The notes under the pieces were generated by a model. It was not told the origin of the DNA. It was given only the letters and a program-made list of their open reading frames with translations, and did no database searches. A DNA stretch of 64,000 bases, from NCBI GenBank assembly GCA_017546315.1, contig JAFYXH010000009.1:6390-70389 (forward strand), given 5' to 3'. The translations under genes and the position numbers were made by a program. Below are positions 57,601 to 64,000 of the stretch, in pieces. Source of the DNA: Alphaproteobacteria bacterium (lineage in GTDB: Bacteria; Pseudomonadota; Alphaproteobacteria; RF32; CAG-239). The first letter of the stretch is position 1. Every line of letters starts with the position of its first letter.

Positions 57601-59162
57601 AAAATTTTAGATATGCGATTATTTTTATTATCTATTATTGTATTTATTGGGGTTATATAACCTAAATTATCACCCATAAAATTAGTAGCATAGATTGGAG
57701 TATTGGTTTTTCCTAGGATTTTATTATTCTTATCAATCAATACTCCATTTGCATCTAATTTAGATATTTCATTAAGAGATGAATTTTCGCTATCTCCCTT
57801 AACTGATGTATATGTTAAAATATTACCCTCTGGACTATAAACACTTGAAAAACCGATACTATGACCACTTATTTCTCCTGCTTGATTAAAAACATATCCA
57901 TAAGGGGAAATTGTATATATTTCGGCATTTTTATCTAACTGGCTATTTATACCGCTTACGCCTAAATATTTATTTGCTTTATCAAAGATAAGACGTGTTG
58001 ACAAAGTCTTTCCTATTTCACGTCCTTTATAGTCAAAAGCTCTGTCTTTTAGCATATACCCTTGTTCTAACCCATCTAGTGATACTACTTTACCACCAAC
58101 TGAGGCATTTGCTCTTACTTTTCCTAAATAATCAAAAATTGGCCCTTGTTTACTAATGAAACCAATTTGCTTACCTTCTTTATCAACTACATCACCGCTT
58201 GCGTTTATTTTTCCAACAACGTTTCTTCCTTTAACAATTACACCATTTGGAATAAGATACCCTAAGAAACTTCCATCTAAAGCTGTAGCTGTTGCATTGA
58301 ATTCTACTCTAAAACCAATAATGTTTCCGGATTTATCAACTATTCTATCTTCATTAACAGCAAAAGAAGTTGTTGTACCTTTATCAATCACATCACCATT
58401 ATAACTAATTACACCCAAATAATTTCCATTAAAATCAAATGCGTATCCACTATTTACAATATGACCGATTGCCTTTTTATCTTTATCATATATATATCCA
58501 TTTGCGTAAAGATTACCTACTACATTTTTATTTAAATCAAATACTTTTCCATCTGGAGCAACGCTTCCTAAAAATTTTCCATTAAATGAAACTACAATTT
58601 TGGATAGCATCAATCTACCAGATAACTCTAGTTTATTATCATCTTTTGAAGGAATATAGATATAGCCATTAGATGTTGCAACTCCATTACTATCGCCTTT
58701 TAAGCTATAAAAATATCCATCTCCGGAAACTCTACCAATAATCTTACCGCTATCGTTAAATACTAAACCTTGTGATATCACACTTCCTAAAATATCATAA
58801 TTATCATTTACAACTATGCCTTGTGGTAATACTTTTCCTATCAAAGTATCATTTTCGGCGGTTACTGTTCCATCATTATTAACTTTTCCTAAGATGCTAT
58901 TATTATAAGATATGGCAACACCTTGAGGAACAATACCTCCTATTACATCTTTTTTATCATTTATAACATAACCATCTGCTGTTATATGCCCAATAATCTC
59001 ATTATCTGCATTAATAACTGCTCCATCAGGAATCACTTTTCCTAATAAATCTCCATTAAAACTGAGCGCACTGATGTCTGTAGCATTAGCATTAAAAATT
59101 ACATTTATAGTAAATATAAAGCTTAAAATTACTTTATTTAATTTTGATATTTTAAAATACAA
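54678..59162 (-). CDS. virB10: Giant VirB10/TrbI-domain protein with signal peptide and ~900-aa beta-hairpin-type repeat region
   Basis: C-terminal TrbI motifs IPAVL, VTAIVERNVY..SGRNVIIPAGSRVIG, ISWSRIIRPDG, DSQGRGG..GYVD, YVPAGTRIIIY (~55000-55613). Likely start TTG 59162 after GGAGG, giving a signal peptide ending ANA. Confidence 0.8.
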   Translation of the reverse strand: MYFKISKLNKVILSFIFTINVIFNANATDISALSFNGDLLGKVIPDGAVINADNEIIGHITADGYVINDKKDVIGGIVPQGVAISYNNSILGKVNNDGTVTAENDTLIGKVLPQGIVVNDNYDILGSVISQGLVFNDSGKIIGRVSGDGYFYSLKGDSNGVATSNGYIYIPSKDDNKLELSGRLMLSKIVVSFNGKFLGSVAPDGKVFDLNKNVVGNLYANGYIYDKDKKAIGHIVNSGYAFDFNGNYLGVISYNGDVIDKGTTTSFAVNEDRIVDKSGNIIGFRVEFNATATALDGSFLGYLIPNGVIVKGRNVVGKINASGDVVDKEGKQIGFISKQGPIFDYLGKVRANASVGGKVVSLDGLEQGYMLKDRAFDYKGREIGKTLSTRLIFDKANKYLGVSGINSQLDKNAEIYTISPYGYVFNQAGEISGHSIGFSSVYSPEGNILTYTSVKGDSENSSLNEISKLDANGVLIDKNNKILGKTNTPIYATNFMGDNLGYITPINTIIDNKNNRISKILPNNSIIDLEGNIIFNQQSGNDFFSISINGDFLGANLFRGNVENNKQTLGKIGSDKYVMDNLGALYGTTLPFATAVTKDCKYLGVVSNNGEIRNAQNTYIGTVLSNDQVLNDREEIIGHIISSSIITNDKGEVLGTSNSLGDVLNYQNQVLGCQDKRGFIKNSQGENIGRTVKFATVMGLDNKIIGYTDISGRILDISGVQLASTNIYGDVISKDGKKLGILFNYSIAFDNNNIYLGRVDINGNIIADNGNIIGSVNVNGEAQTLDGKKGYALYDLYVYDNQDNTIGYIAKNGKVYSIMGDVVGTIYNGFVLDKRQNVVARGYRDYTLKDKNNKSIGYLKLDGSVVNNKNIKVGTLDNNGNILDNANNVIAIAHYLQYYQHPAHPSSSKQGNNRADSKSSQEQELQNQYDEYDNLNDIDNTLKDGNVNSKSNQEKNNLLPTSKDKGSINNEYKESEKSQLEGAYESNNYVGQNQKLGQENNNGENNKDISSSDNQQALTKEDKEVMETKLNHKAIGIAITPGGKYIGDVYENNVVISEDGKIVGRQTENGQIIDEEGNTIGNIEQRKNRKKTPANDNWWHNVASGATISPHSSKNDITNVGPGGGVGPGGRYNPQRAAILSQYHQQRREKLTSAKIESGFNASSIDGWQNDWGIGRQVSTLRVDMSNVITADKPIPAVLARSLISLGSAPVTAIVERNVYGDSGRNVIIPAGSRVIGGLQDIGERSRFDGASGGTKIEISWSRIIRPDGVSFFINSAQTGDSQGRGGGALGYVDEQLVKKYTLPIVGTMVTSAITYMMAADEESSSNAQVENSKQQAASDAREQFMSKMDEILQEIIDKKKEIAAVTYVPAGTRIIIYPMSDLWLRSAKDVEEGVESTGRRNVENVLIDEDGSSSVKSTTTGNNQQRVVMGNQQNTQNQPQHTPLIAEETPQNNNQRNQNRPIRALPPPSTDGSAIVMPQEEDEEDAGEIDLNF

Positions 59163-59163
59163 A

Positions 59164-62100
59164 TCAGTTCCTCCGATTTTGTGCGACTTCATCTAATGCG
59201 TAGCCAGAAACTTTGTTGCGGCTATTTATGTATGAGCCATTGCTTTTTAAATAGCCAATCTTTCCATTCGTCAAACCACGAACTTCTCCGCTTGCAGATA
59301 ATCGTCCAATATATTTACCATCATTACCTAATATATTAGCACCTATTTTATATGTATGTCCTATAATTTTTCCATTGTTATCTACAACTAAATTTGATGA
59401 TATTAAACGACCAATTACGGTTCTTGCTTCGTTTAATACTTTTCCATCTAAAGATACAAAGCCTATAACTTTATCTTTTTCGTTAATTACAATATCACCT
59501 TTTACAATTTCACCAATCAAATTACCTTTATTATCAGATACTTGACCTTGAGTTAGAACTTTTCCTATTTTTTGTTTATCTGAAGAATATACATTTCCAT
59601 CCATTCCAACTACACCTATAATTTTACCAGAATAATCGAGAACAACACCTCTTTTTATAATACTATAATTGTTATTTGTTATTCCTCCTGGAAGTGCTGT
59701 TGTTATGATATTGTCTTCTAAACTTATGATATCACCTAAGGCATTGATGTATCCTTGAACATTTCCTAAAACATCAATAACAAAATCCTCTCTTATGACT
59801 TCACCAATTATTTGTTTGTTTAAATCTAGTATGTGTCCATCTGAGCTTACTATACCTGTTGTTTTGCCATCTACGTCTATAACCTTTCCGTTTTTGCCAA
59901 CATAGCCAAGATATGAGCCGTCATATCCCATACCAACACCTGTTTGAACAACGCTTCCTCTATATACACCTTTGCTATCAAACATTTGCCCTTTAGCATC
60001 TACTTTTCCATATATTTTACCCAATATATCTATTACTTCTGCATTATCATTTACAAACCCTATTATATCTCCGTTGAAATCAACGACATTACCTTTAGGC
60101 AAAATATTTCCAATTTTCTTATCATATATACCCATTCCATCTAGCATAAATTTATCTATTGCAGCACCTTTGTTGCTGTAGACATATCCATCTGCAAATA
60201 AATGTCCTATGATATTTCCATTAGCATCTATTATAATATTTCTTTCAGGTAAAATAACTCCTTGAATTTCTTTTTTAGGATTAACAATAATACGATTTTG
60301 CATAATTGTTGTATTTGGCATTATATCTGTACTATTATAACTTACGTTGGATAAATTACCTATAAATGTAGAATTAACATCAAAAGCTTGTGTTTTATCC
60401 ATTATTTGACCAATTATAAAGCCATCTCTATTTAATATTTCACCTTCTAAATTGGTGCATCCAATTGGTTTGGCGCCTGAGAATATCATTCCATTTGGAT
60501 TTAAGGTTCCCATAACTTCACCGTTATAGTATAAACCGTATCCTGGTTCATATACTCTTCCTATTTTTCTTTCTTGGTTGATTACTGTACCATCAGGATT
60601 TACACATCCGATATAAGCACCTTGCTCATTTTTTACAAAGCCATCAGCACCTGCTTTTCCTATGATATTGCATTGTTCATCTCTTACCCATCCTATTTTT
60701 GCAATATCTCCAATAATTTCACCTTTATCATTAACGATACTACGATCAAATAACATTCTAAAGCCTGTGTCTTTGCCGTCTTTTTTTACTTTACCGTCTC
60801 TATCTACATATCCTAAATTTTTACACCCCCAACCAACAGCTTTTCCACCAAGAACAGCTTTACCTATTATATTTCCACCTTCATTTGCTTTTATGAGAGA
60901 GTTTGGCAAAACTTTACCAATGATTTCTTGACGAGAATTTATAACCTCACCTTTGCTATTGATTATTCCTAGACCGTATCCATTTGGTGATAATGCAATC
61001 AAATCTTTACGAATAACCGCACCGATACGAACACCTTTAGAACTTATTATATTGCCATTTTCATCTACAATACCAATTACAACGCCATCAAAATCGTAAA
61101 CTTTTCCATCTTTGCCAATATAACCAATTACTTTTCCTGCATCATTTACAGCCAAATTAGAATAATCGCCGACCAAGCCTATAATATTACCATTTTGATC
61201 TGCAGCAAATTCCATTGTGTCGCCTTTTTTACCTATAACATTGCCATTTTTATCTACAAGTTCGCCCTTTTCATTGATTTTTCCTAAGACGTTCCCTTGG
61301 AAATCTCTTGCAATATTATTTTCATCTACATAACCAATAACCTCTCCTGTATCGCTAAGTAGTGCATTATTTTTTACAACATTTAGTTTGTCATTTAGTT
61401 TATTTTGTAATTGGCCAATGACTTTACCATCTGTTCCATAAACAGTGCCATCATCTCCCACTACTCCTATAACTTTACCATCATTTCCGATAACTAGTCC
61501 ATCTTCATTAACATATCCGATAATATTACCATTTTCATCAACTACTACTTTTCTGTAATCTCCTGCTTTACCGATAATATTGCCATTTACATCATGAATG
61601 GTTCCATCTTCACCAAGATAACCGATTAAATTGCCATTAAAATCTCTTACAGTTCCATCATCATCAATGTATCCAATAACATTGCCATTTTCATCTAAAG
61701 CTAAACGTTTACTAATATCTGCTTTTCCCAAAATTTCATCTGTTAAGCCTATTACGTTACCATAGTCATCAACATAGCCTATTAGTTTTCCATTTTCAGC
61801 ATATACTTTACCGTCATCTGATACATAACCGATAACATTACCATTTTCGTCATATGCTAAATTTACTTTATCACCAACTTTGCCAATTACTCTTCCGTAG
61901 CTATCTGTTATTGTTCCATCTGGATTTGCTTTACCGATCAATTTTCCATTAAAATCATAAACATTACCATTTTCATCAATATAACCGATGACATTTCCAT
62001 CTTTATCAAGAGCTAGTTTACCTGTTTTTCCGGCAAACCCAATAACCTCACCTGTGTTATTTAATATATTTCCATCATTATCAACATAGCCTATAATATT

Positions 62101-63999
62101 TCCTTCAAAATCTTTAACAGCTCCGTTTTCATCTAAAAATCCAATAACGTTACCATTTTCATCAAATGCAAGATTTTGAGCTTTTCCGGCCTTTCCTATG
62201 ATATTACCATTTTCATCTATAATGTTACCATTTTCATCTACTCTTCCTACAATCTTTCCATCTTTGCCGATAACATTACCATTTTCATCTACATAGCCTA
62301 AAATTTTTCCATCTTTATCATATGCTATAAGTGCCATCTTACAAGATTTACAAATAATCTCACCTACTGCAATAATATCCTTTTTGCCACTTAAATAACC
62401 TATAATCTTCCCTGTATTATCATAAGCGATATTATTTCTTTTTAATTCACCTATTGTTTTTTGCTCTTTATTTTTAATTATTTTACCATTTGCACTTAAA
62501 GTTCCGATTACATTATTTTTTGATGCTAGAACATTTCCTTTGTTATCTATTACACCAATTATTTTTTGGTTATTTGCATATACATATTCCAAATTATCAA
62601 CATAACCTATCACTTTATTATTTGGAGCAATCACTACATTATATGGTTTGCTTATTTCTCCAATTAGCAAACCTTTGCTATCTACTGCGTCTTTATTTTT
62701 CTTATATCCTATTATTTTATCATTAAAATCTTTGATAACGTCTTTATCATCTAAAAATCCTATTATTTCGCCATTTTTATTTTTAATAATTTTTCTTTGA
62801 ACACAAGTTTTTCCGATTATTTTGTCTCCGGCTTTTATAACTTCTCCGGCTTCATTTACAAAACCAATTATTTTGCCATTTTCATCTAGCACTTGGCCCT
62901 TTTCATTTATATAGCCAATCACATTACCATTTTTATCTAGTGCAACTTGAGAGAAATCACCAGCTCTTCCTATTATGCGTCCCTTTTTATCAACAATAGT
63001 CCCATCTGGTCTTACTCTACCAATTAGATTTCCTTTAAAATCTTTTACTGTACCGTCTTTATCAATATAACCGATTACATTGCCATTTTCATCATAAGCA
63101 AGTCTTCTCATATTGCCGGCATTTCCAATTTTATCACCGCTTGATGCTACAATATTTCCTTTGTTATCAACAACACCTATTATTTTATTATCTTTGTCTA
63201 TAACTCTTTTCTTATCATCTATATAGCCAATTATATTTCCTTTATCATCAAGAGCTAAATCTCTTAATTCACCTTTTTTACCAATTATACGTCCTTTATC
63301 ATCTACGATATTTCCATTTTTATCAGTTTTACCGATTGTATTTCCATTAAAATCTTTTACTGTTCCATCTTTATCAACAAAACCAATTACTTTACCATTT
63401 TCATCATAAGCAACATTTCTTGATGTTCCGGCTTTACCTATTACTTTATTGTTTGTCCCTATAATGTTTCCTTTATCATCAACAAATCCTTTAATAGCAC
63501 CATTTTTGCCAATTACTCTTTGTTTATCATCGACATAACCAATTACTTTACCAGATGTATCAAATGCTAGAGTTTTATAATCATCACTTGTACCAATTTT
63601 TTGACCATTTGCATCTATAATCTCACCTTTGCTATTGGTCTTTCCTATGACATTACCATCAAAATCTATCACATTACCATCATCATCTATGTACCCGATT
63701 ACTTCTCCATTTTTATCAAGAGCAATACGTTTCTTCTCCATTTTGGGAGCATCATCATCTAGACTTATAATATTTCCATTTTCATCAACATAGCCAATTT
63801 TTTGATTATTATGATCATAAACATTGCCTTTATCATCAATATAACCAATAACATTACCATTTTCATCTATTGCTAGTTTAGAATAAGCACCTGCTTTTCC
63901 GATAATCTCACCTTTATCGTTTATGATATTTCCATCTTTATCAACACGACCTATAATATTACCATTAAAGTCTTTTACTGTGCCATCTTTATCAACATA
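59164..63999 (-). CDS. Giant Gly/Asp/Asn-rich repeat protein, N-terminus beyond the window
   Basis: The frame stays open from ATG 63741 to the edge (...YVDKDGTVKDFNGNIIGRVDKDGNII...). Built almost entirely of D-x-x-G-x-[IV]-[IV]-G units. The stop lies 1 nt from the next start. Confidence 0.85.
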   Translation of the reverse strand, partial: YVDKDGTVKDFNGNIIGRVDKDGNIINDKGEIIGKAGAYSKLAIDENGNVIGYIDDKGNVYDHNNQKIGYVDENGNIISLDDDAPKMEKKRIALDKNGEVIGYIDDDGNVIDFDGNVIGKTNSKGEIIDANGQKIGTSDDYKTLAFDTSGKVIGYVDDKQRVIGKNGAIKGFVDDKGNIIGTNNKVIGKAGTSRNVAYDENGKVIGFVDKDGTVKDFNGNTIGKTDKNGNIVDDKGRIIGKKGELRDLALDDKGNIIGYIDDKKRVIDKDNKIIGVVDNKGNIVASSGDKIGNAGNMRRLAYDENGNVIGYIDKDGTVKDFKGNLIGRVRPDGTIVDKKGRIIGRAGDFSQVALDKNGNVIGYINEKGQVLDENGKIIGFVNEAGEVIKAGDKIIGKTCVQRKIIKNKNGEIIGFLDDKDVIKDFNDKIIGYKKNKDAVDSKGLLIGEISKPYNVVIAPNNKVIGYVDNLEYVYANNQKIIGVIDNKGNVLASKNNVIGTLSANGKIIKNKEQKTIGELKRNNIAYDNTGKIIGYLSGKKDIIAVGEIICKSCKMALIAYDKDGKILGYVDENGNVIGKDGKIVGRVDENGNIIDENGNIIGKAGKAQNLAFDENGNVIGFLDENGAVKDFEGNIIGYVDNDGNILNNTGEVIGFAGKTGKLALDKDGNVIGYIDENGNVYDFNGKLIGKANPDGTITDSYGRVIGKVGDKVNLAYDENGNVIGYVSDDGKVYAENGKLIGYVDDYGNVIGLTDEILGKADISKRLALDENGNVIGYIDDDGTVRDFNGNLIGYLGEDGTIHDVNGNIIGKAGDYRKVVVDENGNIIGYVNEDGLVIGNDGKVIGVVGDDGTVYGTDGKVIGQLQNKLNDKLNVVKNNALLSDTGEVIGYVDENNIARDFQGNVLGKINEKGELVDKNGNVIGKKGDTMEFAADQNGNIIGLVGDYSNLAVNDAGKVIGYIGKDGKVYDFDGVVIGIVDENGNIISSKGVRIGAVIRKDLIALSPNGYGLGIINSKGEVINSRQEIIGKVLPNSLIKANEGGNIIGKAVLGGKAVGWGCKNLGYVDRDGKVKKDGKDTGFRMLFDRSIVNDKGEIIGDIAKIGWVRDEQCNIIGKAGADGFVKNEQGAYIGCVNPDGTVINQERKIGRVYEPGYGLYYNGEVMGTLNPNGMIFSGAKPIGCTNLEGEILNRDGFIIGQIMDKTQAFDVNSTFIGNLSNVSYNSTDIMPNTTIMQNRIIVNPKKEIQGVILPERNIIIDANGNIIGHLFADGYVYSNKGAAIDKFMLDGMGIYDKKIGNILPKGNVVDFNGDIIGFVNDNAEVIDILGKIYGKVDAKGQMFDSKGVYRGSVVQTGVGMGYDGSYLGYVGKNGKVIDVDGKTTGIVSSDGHILDLNKQIIGEVIREDFVIDVLGNVQGYINALGDIISLEDNIITTALPGGITNNNYSIIKRGVVLDYSGKIIGVVGMDGNVYSSDKQKIGKVLTQGQVSDNKGNLIGEIVKGDIVINEKDKVIGFVSLDGKVLNEARTVIGRLISSNLVVDNNGKIIGHTYKIGANILGNDGKYIGRLSASGEVRGLTNGKIGYLKSNGSYINSRNKVSGYALDEVAQNRRN
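61100..63999 (-). repeat. Coding tandem repeat array: 17-aa sub-unit (51 bp) grouped into ~52-aa units
   Basis: For example IALDKNGEVIGYIDDDGNVIDFDGNVIGKTNSKGEIIDANGQKIGTSDDYKT (52 aa) is followed by LAFDTSG...AGTSRN (52 aa). DNA TTACCATTTTCATCTAC recurs at 62225 and 62276. Confidence 0.85.
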
Positions 64000-64000
64000 T

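Noticed and set aside
59163-59192. ATG 59192 as start of the VirB10 fusion
   Set aside because: TTG 59162 has GGAGG at suitable spacing, sits just after the upstream stop and gives a cleaner signal peptide.
749-62726. The many 60-160 aa ORFs overlapping larger genes (e.g. 1934-2425, 28274-28663, 44028-44405, 39840-40064, 32649-32870)
   Set aside because: Antisense or alternative-frame shadows of well-supported genes, with no motifs or RBS.
63739-63741. ATG 63741 as the true start of the giant protein
   Set aside because: The frame is open with the same repeats up to the window edge, so the start lies outside.
59164-63999. Periodic DNA repeats as a CRISPR array
   Set aside because: The repeats are degenerate, in-frame multiples of 3 within one long ORF. 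There are no unique spacers and no cas genes.
53614-63999. Conjugative element or genomic island call
   Set aside because: No relaxase, coupling protein, integrase, tRNA target or flanking direct repeat in the window. It cannot be excluded beyond 64 kb.
1-64000. tRNA, rRNA, tmRNA, RNase P RNA, IS elements
   Set aside because: No cloverleaf/T-loop signatures, long GC-rich RNA genes, transposase ORFs or terminal inverted repeats were recognised in the intergenic regions.

Overview
This is AT-rich chromosomal DNA. Gene order and protein signatures point to a genome-reduced alphaproteobacterium; a host-associated or gut lineage is inferred, not shown. The core (about 10-53 kb) is housekeeping: nagZ, xth, rpmG, xerC, rpe, phoB, recR-ybaB-dnaX-ffs, rsmI, truA, prfA, rodZ-like, ptsP, hslO, recX, recG/mfd, mutM-rpsT-dnaA-dnaN-recF, gpsA, rpmH-rnpA-yidD-yidC-yihA. 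Both ends hold parts of an apparently chromosomally domesticated type IV secretion system. On the left are two tandem VirB6-like proteins, followed by an uncharacterised cluster: a double-XRE regulator, a 1037-aa disordered protein, a short secretin-like lipoprotein and a bitopic protein with a LysM-like end. On the right are virB11, a ~1500-aa VirB10/TrbI with a signal peptide and ~900 aa of Gly/Asp/Asn beta-hairpin-type repeats in place of the usual N-terminal arm, and an overlapping giant (>1600 aa) paralogous repeat protein that runs off the window. Other signals include a likely A10 slippage site in dnaX, a structured dnaA leader and palindromic operators. No tRNA, rRNA, CRISPR array or IS element was recognised. 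All calls come from reading motifs by eye; no searches were run.
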